Positions 12,670-26,503 are shown, counted from the stretch's first letter. The stretch: 64,000 nucleotides of DNA from Octopus vulgaris (GCA_951406725.2 OX597818.1:85560001-85624000), one strand, 5' to 3'. Notes: generated by a model from the letters alone, not told the origin. A program made the numbers and translations.

Positions 12670-12990
12670 ATTTCAATGTCAACTTTTTCATGCTTGCATG
12701 GCTCAGACTGAATTTGCTGAGCTGAATTTTCTTCAGCCACATGTGCTTCCTGTTGCCAACATTCACCTGTTTCCATGCAAGGTAGTATTTCCTCATAACC
12801 AAACATTCTCTGACAGAAGATTGGAAGTAACAGACCCTGCTTGCATAATGGTGATATTTGTTTACAACTGTCACATTATGTCAACATAAGGAAATAGTAA
12901 CATACACACACACTTCTTTTCAGTTTCTGTCTACCAGAACTACTCACAAGGCTTTGGTCAACCCCAAGATATAGTAAAATACATTTGTCT
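12670..12990 (-). mobile_element. Composite SINE (partial H1) + T2, reverse
   Basis: Similarity to 6495-6905. Confidence 0.6.
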
Positions 12991-13634
12991 TCCTTGGAGC
13001 AATGTTAGAAATTGATATTTCAAAAGGTACCCATTATCTTCCCTGTTTATGCAATGGGATGGTGTGGATAGGATAAAACTCTTAAACACATAAGAGATGT
13101 GGTGAGAGTTTGAACAGTGAGTGTGTGAGATAGATTACATCATAAGAAGAGGGTGAGATAGAAAAATCATAAAGTAGGTGAATGTGATGAAGATATAGTG
13201 GGTTATAATTGTAATGTTGGTTAGTGTTATAGGAAGACAAGGAGAAAGATTGTGAGAGATAGAGAGATAGAAAGGTGGAAACAAAAAAGTAGGGAGATGG
13301 TAAAGTGTGATAGATAGGAACATGTACAGAGATGTATATACTGAGGTTGGTGTAAAAGTAGAGGGAGAGTTAGGTACGTAGGTAGAATGAGATAACTAAG
13401 CAGAATTAGGTAGGTAGATAGATATTGATATAGATAGATAGATAGATCACTAAATAGATATTGAAGTAGATAAATAGATTGAGGTACAGAGATAAATGTA
13501 GATTGAAGTAGGGAGACAGATAAAGAAGTAGAAAGACAGAGGGAGAGATAAGCAAAGGGAGATGGAGAGATAGTGTGAAAAATAGATAGGCAGGTAGGGA
13601 GGAAAGTAGAGTGCAATAGAGTGTGAGACAGTTT

Positions 13635-13670
<36 letters not shown>

Positions 13671-14112
13671 AACAGTAAGATAATATAAAGTATGGAGGGA
13701 TAGTGTGAGTTGAGAGAAGGTAAGGCTTGTGTAAAAGACATGTAACGGGCATTCCAAGACAGCTTAAGTGCCATACAATGAGAATCAATACCATTAAAGC
13801 TCAATTACTGTTGCATCATTAATGGTATTCCCCTGTAGCTTTTATATGTTGTGGCTTCGTACTGATCCTTTCATATAGGGGACATTCGACCTTCATTTCT
13901 ACTTTGTAGTCTCTTACCTCCTGAACACCTGACACAGCAGCTTAGCTTATAACTGGAACACTTGCTCTGTATATTATACACACACACACATATATATATA
14001 GATTATATAAATATAGATATAGATTATATAGATATTATATATATATGTATATAGGTGTATATTATATATGTGTGTGTATATAGATATATATATATGTGTA
14101 TATAGATATATA

Positions 14113-14156
<44 letters not shown>

Positions 14157-14202
14157 GATATATATATATATGTATGATATATAGATAGATAGATATTATA
14201 TA

Positions 14203-14850
14203 TTACTTGGAAATGGATCGAACGCCACGAATCCATTTCTAAGTAAGTTTTATCTTAATAATTCTGATGCAACACTTTTCTATCACTATTTCTATTCCTC
14301 TCTCTTTTCCTCTTTCTATATTCTTTTCTTTCTCTGCCACCCTTTCTCTAATTCTTCTCTTCCCCCTTCACCATTCTTTATATGTTCTTCTCTCTCTCTC
14401 GCTCTCACACTACCTCCTTGATTCTCTTGTTGCTCACATGTGACCAGCAGTCATCTTTCTTCTCCTAACTTGAATTTGTTTCTTTCTTCTCATTCAGCTA
14501 CAAGAGATAGTGTGCATTTTTGTCTGTCTCCTGTCAAAGCTTGTTCTTCAGCATTCACCACTTCATCTCTTAATGGCTTAACAGCCTTTACTGCTTGTTT
14601 TAACTGTCTGTTTTTGTTACCAACTTTGACCCTCCGCAAATAACAAACTTTATTAAATTTGCTTTGCGGGAGCAAGTGTTTTGACGAAGACGCATCTTGT
14701 CCTAACACTCGAAATGCAGAGTAGATAAAGCAGTGGTCAACTGATGAAGGGATTGTTCTTTATGTTTTTCGATTTGTTTCTTTCATTGTTAAAAAAAAAA
14801 GTTCATTTTCCATGTTTTAGTAATTTATGTTCTCATTTTTAATATCATCT
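14203..14850 (+). mobile_element. Penelope-like pseudo-LTR remnant with decayed hammerhead
   Basis: Begins at a (TA)-rich tract with a 16-bp fold-back (14203-14218 vs 14231-14246). Pyrimidine-rich body; tTGACGA AGA...CTC GAAA motif at 14681-14720. Confidence 0.5.
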
Positions 14851-14911
14851 ACCCATACATGCATGTGTATATACATATATATGTAAGTATGTATATATAT
14901 GTATGTATATA

Positions 14912-14948
<37 letters not shown>

Positions 14949-15002
14949 TATATTATTATGTATATATTATATATGTATATTCATGGCACTCTGTTGATTA
15001 TG

Positions 15003-15360
15003 ATGATGATGGTTCCTGTTGATCTGATGAATGGAATGGCCTACTCGTGAAATTAATATGCAAGTGGCTGAGCACTCTACAGACACGGGTACACTTAACA
15101 TAGTTCTTGGGGAGATTCAGTATGACACAGAGTGTGACAAGGCTGGCCGTTTGAAATACAGGTACAACAGAAACAGGAAGAAAGGGTGAGGGAAACTTGT
15201 GGTAAAAGAGTACAGCAGGGTTCACCCCCACTTCCTGCTGGAGCCTCATGGAGCTTTAGGTGTTTTCACTCAATAAACACTGACAACGCCCTGGGAATCG
15301 AAACCACAATCCTGCAACCTCGAGTCTGCTGCCTTAACCTCTGGGCCATTCTGCCTCCAC
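15003..15360 (-). mobile_element. tRNA-derived SINE sharing its 3' region with the 11082 element, reverse
   Basis: 15003-15165 is the reverse complement of the 3' half of the 11082 element. B-box-like gtttcgattccc on the minus strand near 15292-15303. Confidence 0.7.
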
Positions 15361-15386
15361 GTATATTTATATAGATATATATCATA

Positions 15387-15431
<45 letters not shown>

Positions 15432-15434
<3 letters not shown>

Positions 15435-17150
15435 TGATGCTTTAGATAGAAATAACTACAGGGGTATCAAACTGTTGGATCAGGTGATGGTCACAGAGAG
15501 GGTCATAGCCCAACTAATTAGGGAGAAAGTCTGCTTAGATGAGCTGCAGTTCGGCTTTGTGCCAAGTAGAAGCACCACTGATGCTATATTCCTGGTACAG
15601 CAACTGCAAGAGAAATACCTAACCAAAGATAAACCCCTATATTTGGCTTTCGTGGACCTGGAGAAAGTCTTTGACAGGGTCCCTGATTCCTTATCTGGTG
15701 GGCAATGTGGAAACTGGGGATAGACGAATGGTTAATAAGGGCTTTACAGACCCTATACAGAGATGCCGTTAGTAGGGTCAGGATTGGAAATGAGTATAGT
15801 GAAGAATTCTGGGTAGAAGTGGGGTCCACCAAGGATCAGCTCTCTGCCCCCTCTTATTCATCATAGTCCTCTAGGCAATAACAGAGGAATTCAAGACAGG
15901 TTGCCCCTGGGAGCTCCTCTATGCTGATGACCTGGTCCTCATAGCAGAATCCCTATCAGAACTTGAGAAGAAACTTCAAGTGTGGAAGCACAGGTTAGAA
16001 TAAAAGGGCTTTAGAGTCAATGTCGCAAAGACCAAAATTCTAGTAAGTAGGAAGGTGAACACATCATACTCCCCTTCAGGTAGGTGGCCCTGCTCAATCT
16101 GTAGAAAAGCTGTAGGTAGAAACTCCATAAGATGTACCCACTGTAAGCTATGGACTCATAAGAGGTGCAGCAACATAAAAGGAAGATTAACCAGGAAGAT
16201 AGCTTTCACATTCAGCAGATGCACAGGGGCAATAAACGCCACAGATGCTCAGAAAACAAACTCCATCACATGCCAGGGGCAGAAACTAGAAGTAATTAAT
16301 AGTTTTCACTACCTAGGTAACCAAGTTTGTAGTGGGGGTGGATGCTCAGAGAGTGTTACCACTAGAATAAGAATAGCCTGGGCAAAGTTCAGAAAGCTTC
16401 TACTCCTACTGGTGACAAAGGGTCTCTCACTCAGAGTGAAAGGTAGATTGTATGATGCATGTGTGTGAAAAACAGAGTGTAAGCGCCCTGAGATAAATGT
16501 TAGACATAAGAAGCATCGGATGTGGCATGCATGAGAGACGTTTGTGTTGGTGATGGACAAGGAGAGCTGTGTGAAGAAGTGCCACTCCCAAACAGAGGAA
16601 GGAATCTGGGGTAGAGGGAGGCCCAGGAAAACATGGGATGAGGTCATGAAGCATGACCTTCGAATGTTGGGTCTCACAGAGGCGATGATTAAAGACCGAG
16701 GCATCTAGAGGTATGCCGTGACTGAGAAGACCCGGCAAATAAAGTGAGTCCACAGCTGTAACCTACACCAGTGTCACATAACCAGCCCACTCAAAAGTAC
16801 CTTGGATCGTAGGGCAACACACCGTGCTTGAGGAAACCTATTGAGTCAAGTACATCAGCAGCAATATTAAAATCAAATCAAATGGAAATTGTAGTGTGAC
16901 CCCTGTTCCAGTAGTATGTAAAAAGCGCCATCCAAAAGTGGCCGATGCCAGTGCCACTTTGACTGGCTTCCATACCGGTGGCATGTAAAAAGCACCCGCT
17001 ACATTCTCGGAGTGGTTGGCATTCGGAAGGGCATGCAGCTGTAGAAACACTGCTGGATCAGATTGGGACCTGGTGCAGCCTCCTGGCTTCCCAGACCCCA
17101 GTCAAACCGTCCAACCCATGCCAGCATGGAAAACAGACATTGAACGATGC
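15432..17150 (+). mobile_element. 5'-truncated RTE-clade LINE (RT pseudogene + 3' UTR)
   Basis: NYRGIKLL, QFGF, STTDAIF, FVDLEK, HQGS, LLYADDL (YADD at 15920-15931), F-x-Y-L-G and GRGRPRKTW motifs. Frameshifts, stops and an internal deletion near 16468. ORF ends ~16747; 3' UTR ends in a gatgat-like tail. Confidence 0.95.
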
Positions 17151-17204
17151 TGATGCATATAGATATATATATTATATAGTTATATATTATATATATAAGG
17201 CTCA

Positions 17205-17650
17205 AACATAGCTGTGTGATAAGAAGTTTGCTTTCTAACCACATAGTTCTGGGTTCAGTCCCACTGCATGGCAACTTGGTTGTGTATTTTCTACTATAGC
17301 TCCAGCCATTTAAACTTGTAAGCAGATTTGATAGATGGGCTCTGAAAGAAGCCTATCGTATATGTGAGTGAATATATGTATATATGTATATTTGTGTGAG
17401 TGTGTGTGTGCATTTGTGTCACCTTGTCTTGACGTTACATGATAGTTGTAATATGGTTGTCACTGTCATTCAAGCAGTCTCATTCACTTTCAGTATTCTG
17501 TGAGATCATGTGTGGTCATGCTAAAATAGTATTTGTTTGCAAACAGGTGAGGGTGGTGAAAGGAAGAGCTTCCAGTCATAGAAAATCTCCCCCATTAAAC
17601 TACACCCAAGTCTTGCAGATACAGAAAAGTAGTTGTTTAAATTATGATAA
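17205..17650 (+). mobile_element. Composite SINE H1 + T2
   Basis: Head 17205-17360, (TG/TA)n linker, tail 17418-17650. Confidence 0.7.
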
Positions 17651-18002
17651 TATAAATATTCATGTGTATGTATATACACATACATTCATATGTACATCCT
17701 CATCTTCATGATAATTTTTTTTCACACCCACTTTTCCATGCATGCATGATTAAGGCAGGAATTTTGTTAAAGCAAATTTTGTACTGCTTAAAGCCCTTCC
17801 TATTGCTAATCTACATTTATTTCCAGGTAAGTTATTTCCCTATGGGCTGACACATTTCATAGGAGAGTGGAAGCAAACAACATTACTTCTATAATGGCAA
17901 ATTTTATGTACAATTATCACAATTTAAGACAAAGGTGTATATACACACACACACATGCACACACACACACACACACACACACATGCATATATCTTCGTCA
18001 TT

Positions 18003-18250
18003 ATCATCATCAACATTCAGTGTCTGTTTTCCATGCTGGCATGGGTTGACAAGAGCTGGCAAGCCAGAGCACTGCACCAGGCTCCAGTCATCCATTTTGG
18101 CATGTCTTCTTCAGCTGGATGCCTTTCCTAATGCCAGCCACTTTTCAGAGTGTACTGGGTACTTTTGACATGGTACCAGCACAGGTGCCTTTTACATGAC
18201 ACCAGCATGAGTGCTTTTTACATGGCAAAAGCACAGGTGCTTTTTACATG
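18003..18250 (-). mobile_element. RTE 3' UTR fragment, reverse, with ~27-bp internal tandem repeats
   Basis: Reverse complement of 16960-17150; about three repeats of gcacaggtgc(c/t)ttttacatg at 18165-18250. Confidence 0.7.
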
Positions 18251-18366
18251 AAGTGTTTCTTTCACTGCCACCCAGCTGGACTGAACTCCTTTCTTTATAA
18301 GTCTCCTCACTATATATCCCAGTCTTTTCCTCTCTTTATCTAAATCCATTCCTTCTGTATCTATCC

Positions 18367-19025
18367 TGGCTGTGTGATTAAGGAGCTTGGTTTCCAACCA
18401 TGTGACTTTGGTTTCATTCCAGCAGTACAGCATCTTAGTCAAGTGTTTTCTAGTATAGCCCTGGGCCAACCAAAGGCTTGTGTGTGTATTTAGTAGACAG
18501 AAACTGAAAGAAGCCCATTGTATCTCTGTGTGTTGTATTTGTTCACCACCACTTGACAAGCAGGTGTTGGTTTGTTTACAGTTCTGTAAATTTGTGATTT
18601 GGCAAAAATGACCTTAGAATAATGCTCCACACTTGAAAAAAATAAAAAAATAAAATAAGTACTGGGCTCAATTTGTTGGACTAAACCATTGGTTTGCAAC
18701 CAGGGCCTATCTGGCCCTTAGGGTCCATATAGAATTTTTTTTTTTTAATTGTTAAAATTTATGTGCAATAAATTGGTTATACTTCTACAATACACAAAAT
18801 ATTTGATTTTTTTTTTATAACATTTCCATTAATATTTAATTAAAAAATACAGTATGATTTTTTTTTATATACTGCGAATGGTTATGGAGGTCCTATAGAG
18901 CAAAATAGGAAACAAAGAGGTTCATTGGCAAAAAAATGGTTGAGAAGCACTGGACTAAACCCTTGTAGGTGATGCCCCAGCATGGCCACAATCCAATGAC
19001 TGAAACAAGCAAAACAGATAAAAGA
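18367..19025 (+). mobile_element. Composite SINE H1 + T1, interrupted by a hAT MITE
   Basis: Head 18367-18520; T1 tail resumes at 18961 after the MITE. Confidence 0.75.
18687..18952 (-). mobile_element. hAT (Charlie-like) MITE
   Basis: Termini CATTGGTTTGCAAC / GTTGAGAAGCACTG; perfect 8-bp TSD GACTAAAC (18679-18686, 18953-18960). Confidence 0.85.
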
Positions 19026-19830
19026 TTAAAGACACCCTTATTTTACTTCCTTCTTGTCGTCCTTCAATCTCTCCATCTCTCAACCTCTTCACATCTCCAT
19101 CTTATCTTCACAACCTGCCATATACAGATTACAGTGAAACAGCAAAGCAAATGGACTGTTTTTAAGAAAATTTACATGAGCAATAAAACATGGTGGACGA
19201 TGGTTTGTTGGTCTGTTATCTGTTATCTAGTATCTACAATAAGAAATAACACGATTACAAGTTCCTCTCCTCATCTCTTACCAATTTTTATAAAGTCAAC
19301 ACAACAAAAACAACAATGGTGATGACACCATCACCACTACCATTGTCATATAGCCATCTCATTGCACCATACAGTTCTCTCTCTCTCTTTCTCTCGCTTC
19401 TCTTCCTCCACCTACTACAATGTTAAACACTACTACTACTACAACCATTGTCATCATCATAATCATCATTGTCTTCGTTGTTGTTATTGTCATCGTGTTG
19501 TTAGCACACTACACTGCTTCGCACCACACCATACCTTTGGTACCAGCTGCTGTTGTATCGAAATGGTAAAACTCAACACATTAATGTTCTAATTGAATTC
19601 TTCCACATCATTTCCTGTGTTAAAGATGAAGAAGTGGTCTGTGTCTGCCAAGGAACTCTTTAATGTGTGTGTGAAGGTGTGCATATGTGTAAGTGTGTGT
19701 GTGTATGTATACATATAAAATGTGTGCTTAATGTGTATGTGTGCTTAGTGATGTGTATATATATTTGTATGCATGTGTACATATATATGTATACATAGGT
19801 TTCTATTTTTCATATCTACAGTATATAAAT

Positions 19831-19892
<62 letters not shown>

Positions 19893-19981
19893 AAAGAAAG
19901 AGACCATATATGCATAAGTATTGTGTATTTGTATAGTATATGTGTACTATATATGCTTAAGACACAATCTCTGATATGAGA

Positions 19982-20019
<38 letters not shown>

Positions 20020-20762
20020 TGATAAATAGATAGATACACACACACATCTTTCATTTATGTGTACTTACTGTATATATATCATGTGTGTGTGTGTGTCTAT
20101 TTTGTTTAATATACAAAAGTCATAACAACCACCACACATGATTGGGTATAATGCTAATGTTTGTTGTGTGAGGGCATAATAATGTTTGAACCAACACCCA
20201 TATATTATATTTACCAGTCCTTACTCCTGGGTTGTTTGAGAGACAAAGGGTAAAGTTGAACACTGCATTATCTAAACATAGACAATGTCTGCCACTTCAT
20301 TGTGAATGCCAAAAAAACGTGTAGGTAGTCCTTATTGTGTGTCTCAAAGATTGCTTATTCTCGTGTGACAAAATTCAATCGTGGAGTAAAGTGCGATTGG
20401 ATTCTGTCTCTTGCACAATGTTAAGGAATTTACGAAATATGAAAATGCAAAAAAAAAAAAAATGTGATAAGTATTTTTTTCTCCCTATTGTTATACAATT
20501 CAGAAATGTATTTGACAAAAAAAAGACATGAACCAAAAGGTTATAAAAATGAAGCAAATATTTGTTCGTATTATGTGATCAATGTTTTGTATATATAGCA
20601 ATACTTATTATGAATAACAAACAGAATCTGGTTGAACTTCTATTTATTATGTATTTGAATGTATTTCTGTGATATTTTGTTTGTATTTTCATGTAACATT
20701 TTGGATGTCCAACTCGTGACACATTCATTTCGAGATTATAAAAATATTCAAAATACTTATTG

Positions 20763-21110
20763 GGCATGGCTGTATGGTAAGAAGCTTGCTTGACAATCAC
20801 ATGGTTCCAGGTTCAGTTCCACTGCATAACACCTTGGGGAAGTTTCTTCTACTCTAGCCTCAGGCTGACCAAAATAGTACTATTCATCTTGCAATAGTTG
20901 TCCCTGGAACCTACCCTGACACCTGAGAGAATGGCTAAAGTATTGTACAAGCTTTTGTCACTTAACTCAAATGACATCATCCCTATCATTTTATTTCTTG
21001 ACCCATTTTGTATTTTAACATAAACACACAGGCAAAGATGGAAATAAATCAGATCAATCAGGCTGACTGTAAGATGACTATCATCTGACAAGATGAGGCA
21101 ATTATCGTCT

Positions 21111-21158
<48 letters not shown>

Positions 21159-21170
21159 TGTTCATGTATG

Positions 21171-21213
<43 letters not shown>

Positions 21214-21625
21214 ATGACAAATCTCTTAACTCTTTGGGGGTCGTTGGGGCATAGCAGCCATGCAGTGTATCTTGGGCAAGAAAGCTTGGTGGCGCCTATC
21301 CCTCTCTAAGCTAAACTCATTTCTACAGCTTGGTGTTTTGCTGAAGAACACATGTGCATGTGTGTTACTGTCTCCTTGCCTTTCCTTCACATGATAGTTG
21401 TATATGAATGTCACCATCATGAAATCAGTGTCCCTTATTTCCAATCTTCTGTGAGATTTCTCATGACTATGTCTGGCCATGGGGAATTATTAACCTTACT
21501 TGGAAACAGGTGACAGTTGTTGACAATTACAGCATCTGACCATTGAAAATCCAGCTCAACAAATTCTGTCTGGCTCATGCAAGCATAGAAAAGTGGAAGT
21601 TAAAAGAATGATGATGATGATTATA
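20763..21625 (+). mobile_element. Composite SINE H1 + T2 with internal insertions
   Basis: Head 20763-20872; tail 21365-21625 ending in (GAT)n. Confidence 0.6.
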
Positions 21626-22256
21626 ATGAATTCTACATTTAGCTGTAATAGAATGAGTATGATGTTTGCATGACATTTTTCTTTTTTCTTTCTGAAGTAA
21701 TACAAATTTTTGAAATATACAGAAAAACAAATGGAAATTAAGCTGTGAAAATATTTATTACTTGCAATTTGTTTCTTTGTTTTTACGCCTGCTTTTCAAT
21801 GCTGGCATGGGATAGATGTTTATATTATCGAGGCATTGTTTTTCAGCTGGTCGACTTTCTTGGCACTGATTCTGAAATGTTTCTCAAATGAGGGATCACT
21901 TACTTCACACATCTTCAAAGGTGCAAAGTATGTGGATAATTTGTTGACAGAAGTGACAAGTGGCTTTTGTAAAAACAAGTGACTTTCATAGATGCCAATG
22001 TAAACACACACACACATGCACACATGCATCCACACATGCACAGATAGATATACACATAGATAGATTCATACACACATCTCTACACATCCTTTCTTTCTGT
22101 CTATGTATGTCTGTGTGTGTGTGTGTATTTTATTCCTTTACTTGTTTCAGTGGATGTAAACACACCAACATCAGTTGTCAAGTGATGGTGGAGGTGACAA
22201 ACACAAACACACAAATATATGCATATATAAACATATATATATATATATATATATAT

Positions 22257-22290
<34 letters not shown>

Positions 22291-22397
22291 GCCCGAGGCT
22301 ATGGTGGAAGACAGCTTGCTCAAGGTGTCACACAGTGGGGCTGAACCTGGAACCATGCGGTTGGGAACCAAGTTTCTTGCCATGCTAGGCCTGCACC

Positions 22398-22445
<48 letters not shown>

Positions 22446-22493
22446 CATACATACATACATACATACATACATACATACATACATACATACATA

Positions 22494-23327
22494 CAGGGTG
22501 TGATGAGTAAATTGTCGCCATTCTTTATTTTTAATTTCGTACATGCACATTGTTTGTTTTTGATTTTGTCAACTGCACAGTATAGTAGGTGTCAGTTGGC
22601 CACTGTCTGTAAGAAAAACAGCACCATGATACAATTCACTCTGCCAGAAGCTTCAATACAAACAAATGGTGAACATACAGAACAACTGTTGGCTTGCCAT
22701 GTGCCCAAAACATGTACCAAGATTGATAAAAATCCAGTCAACATCATAATGTTTAAAGTGATTACTAGTGATGGCGATGTTATGCCTCCATTCATCTTCC
22801 ACACAGCCTCAGACTCAACACAGAGGCCTACAATGGCCTGGAGAAGGTATTGCTGCCCTGGATCATGAGGGTGGCTGCTGGAAGATGCTATGTCTGGCAA
22901 CAGAACTCTGCATCATACCACACAAGCAGAAGAACCCAGCCATGGCTGTCAGACAATTTCTGTGACCACTTCACCCCTAACATTTGGCCACCTAACTCCC
23001 TAGACTACAACCCCTTGATTATTATGTGTGCGGTGCAGTTGAGCAAAATACAAACAAAACTCTTTGTAACACCAAAGATGAACTGAAGGCAAGGATTATG
23101 GCAGCATTTACAAACGTAAATAAAGAGACCATCCAGAAGAGCTGCAGAAGATTCCGAAGTCATCTGGAGGACATGGTTGAAGCCAATGTCAATTTTATGA
23201 AATAAATTTAATCTTAAGTATTTCAAGAATTTTTATCCAAGTTTAGTAAACATACCTGTCAAAATGAGATGTCTGTGTTATTTTCATCTTTGCATAATTT
23301 AGACGACAGTTTATTCAATGCACCCTG
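22494..23327 (+). mobile_element. Internally deleted Tc1/mariner element, DD37D (maT) type; transposase pseudogene
   Basis: TIRs CAGGGTGtgaTGAgTAAAtTGTCG / CGACAgTTTAtTCAatgCACCCTG, 5' TA target. Translated remnant ...GDVMPPFIF...YVWQQ(N)SA.H.SRRTQ.WL...WPPNSLDYNPLDY gives 37 residues between the second (decayed D>N) and third catalytic positions. Confidence 0.9.
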
Positions 23328-23420
23328 TGTTTGTGTGTGTGTGTGTGTGTAAAAGAAGACAATATGGGAGGAATACATTTGAACAAATGTACTAGTTTAA
23401 CACTTGAAAATAAGAACAAG

Positions 23421-23460
23421 TGTTTTGATGTTTCAGACACTAGTCCTTCATCAGGAGAAA
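23421..23460 (-). ncRNA. Decayed minimal (Penelope-type) hammerhead motif
   Basis: Minus strand CTGATGA A GGAC TAGT GTCt GAAAC aTC. Two CpG-type transitions from the minimal GTCC-GAAACGTC form; stem I pairs poorly. Confidence 0.5.
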
Positions 23461-23842
23461 GATAGGAAAAGAAAAAAAAAAGTATAGTGAATGAGAAAAG
23501 ATGGTTAGAGAAGAAAAGAAAATAAATTGTAGGAGTTAGGGCCCAAGAGGGAATTATCTGTTCCTAATTTAAGAAAAAGGCAGGCAGTCGTTGTGGCTTG
23601 GGGATGTCAGATGATATTATCAACATAATAGTTGTCTGGTGCTTTATTTTAACAGCCCCCATAAAGGATGAAGGGCATAGTTGATGACCTCTGCAGAATT
23701 TAAACTCAGAATATAAAAATCCAGAAGGAATACCACAAAAATGATGATACTGTCAGGCATTTATTCCAAACCTGTAATGGTTCTGCCAGCTCTCTACCTT
23801 TCTGCTAGGGGTGTATTTGTATTAATACTTAAGCAAATAGGG

Positions 23843-23873
<31 letters not shown>

Positions 23874-24591
23874 CTTGTATGTAAATGTGTGTGTGTGTGT
23901 GTGTAAATATATATGTACATGTGTGCATGTTGGCATGAAAATATTTGTAAGTACAGTTATAAAGAGATTATTTGCTTTCATGAGAGTAGTAATATGAGTA
24001 TACATAATATATGTGTATGCACACAAGCATACATTTATGCATAATATATATATATATATCTATGCATATATATGTGTAGTTATGCATATATGAATAGGCA
24101 TGGGAGTATATGGATATTTATCAACACATGTTTAAGTCAGATTATGCCTTCTTCCAAGAAATTTAAGATGAGTGGCTTTGTGTAAGATTGCGTGTGTGTG
24201 TGAGTGTATAGATATATGTATTATGTATGCCTATGAATATGTCTGTATATATGGTTTGTGATGATTACATTTCATCTTGAAATATAAAGTCATTTTTGCA
24301 ATATGTAATATTAATATTCTGTGTTATGGAGGTTTAATGTAAGGAAGTATTTATTTATCTATTTATTTATTCATATATTCTTTTATATATATGTATTTAT
24401 ATAGAAACTTTTTAACATGCATACGTGCATGCTCATGTACACAGATATATATGTAAATGTATCTATGTATATGTGTATGTATGTATATGTAAGTATGTAT
24501 ATATGTGTATGTATGTACATATGTATATGTATGTATGTTTGAATGTATGTATGCTTGTATGTATATATATGTACATATATGTGTGTGTATG

Positions 24592-24643
<52 letters not shown>

Positions 24644-25444
24644 CACATACATATACATGTGGTAGTGTTGAATTACACATCATATAAATTCCTCTGTCTC
24701 TCTTCCCTCTTTGTCAGATGTTGTATTCTTAAATTTTTTAATCTTTCACTGTTTGTAACAACATCATTTTCCACTGGAATTTGCTCATTCTAGCTTTCAA
24801 AATTTCAGCTGCATTATTTAATCAAATATCCTATAAATCTTTAGAATTATCTAAAATATTTTTTTAGAATAATTATATATAAGGCTTTTAATTTAAAATA
24901 TCATTAGCTTCTGATGATCCCAGTAAGTGTGAAAGCATACTTTCTTTGCTAAGGCATAATAAATCTGATATATGTATATGTATCATAATCATCATTTCAT
25001 CCACTTTTTCCATGTTGACATTGTTTGGACAGAAGTTATTGAAATAATATTCTATAACTAGATACCCATCCTGTAAACAATTTTTGTTTGGAATATTTCC
25101 TATTCTTCACTTCCTAACAAAATCTGTTGAAGTTATGTTGCATATTATTTATGCAAGACATAAACAGCATATGCTGCTTTGCTCATAAGTTGGTAAAGTG
25201 TAGGTGTACTGGAACTCTCTCTCTCTCCCACTCACTCTCTCACTCAGTTTGTAGGTTTGTAGAAGTCCTTTACTACTAAATTTGATGCACAAGGCATCCC
25301 TCAGCTCAAAGCTAGAGTAACCTCCTACTCAAGGTGTCATAGAGTTGAATGGGGCTCAATACCACATACCAGCCAAATATTGGAGTTGATGGTATCAACC
25401 AAACTCCTCTTCTCAAAATTGCCACCTTTATTATACCTAATTAA

Positions 25445-26429
25445 TATTCTGCATTTAAATCTCACCAGGGTTGACTTTGCTTTTCATTCTTTTGGGGTTG
25501 ATAAAATAGTGTCAAGCACTAGGGGCAGTGTAACCTACTTTCTCCTTCCCTCAAAATTGATGGCCATGTGCCAAAATTAGGAAAAGGCATTATTATTGTT
25601 ATTATTCTTATTAAGGCAATGAACTGGTAGAATCGTTAGCATGCCAGGCAAAATGCTCAGTGGCATTTCGTCCATCGTTATGTTCTGAGTTCAAATTCTG
25701 CTGAGGTTGACTTTGTCTTTCATTCTTCCAGAGATTGATGAAATAAGCACTAGTCATACACTGAGGTTGATGTAATCAACTTCCCCACCCCCAAATTGCT
25801 TGCCTTGTTTCAAAATTTGAAACCATTATTATTATTATTATTCTTGTTGTTGCTTTGTTTTATATGGTTTGTTCCAAGTCTCATCCAGAAACCTCTTGTA
25901 TTAAGCAAGTTGGGTGTTTTACAACAGGTGTTATTTATGATTAATAAAATGATATATTGTAAGGGAAAGAGACCAGAATCTGAGAATGAAGATTCTGTCA
26001 AACTTGTAATATTTTAGTTGTGGAAGAGTTTTAATAAAATCAGGTATTTTCAAGTTGATAATGTTTTTGTTAGGAATAATTTTTTGTAGTTCTGATATTT
26101 TGGGGTTTTCTGGTATTTGGCCATAGTGTTTAAAAACATAATTTAGTATTGTGTTTAAGAGTACTGTTTGGTAGTGTTTCATTATTACTATTATTGTTGT
26201 TGTTATCAAGGCAGTGGACTGGCAGAACCATTGTCCATATTTATGGAACGTAAAGACATATTTTGTCCATCTGTGTTCTGAGTTCAAATTTCACCAAGGT
26301 CAACTTTGCCCTTCATCTTTTCAGGGTCGGTAAATTAAGTACCAGTCAAGTATTGGGGCCAATGTGATTGACCATCCGCAATCCCCTCAAATTCCAGGCC
26401 TTGTGCCTATAGTAGACAGGATTATTGTT

Positions 26430-26503
<74 letters not shown>

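Noticed and set aside
13787-13829. 11-bp inverted repeat (aataccattaa/ttaatggtatt), possible pre-miRNA
   Set aside because: Stem too short and AT-rich for a miRNA precursor; plausible by chance.
24904-24953. CTGATGA...GAAAG hammerhead-like motif
   Set aside because: Stem II does not pair and stem I is not adjacent to the core.
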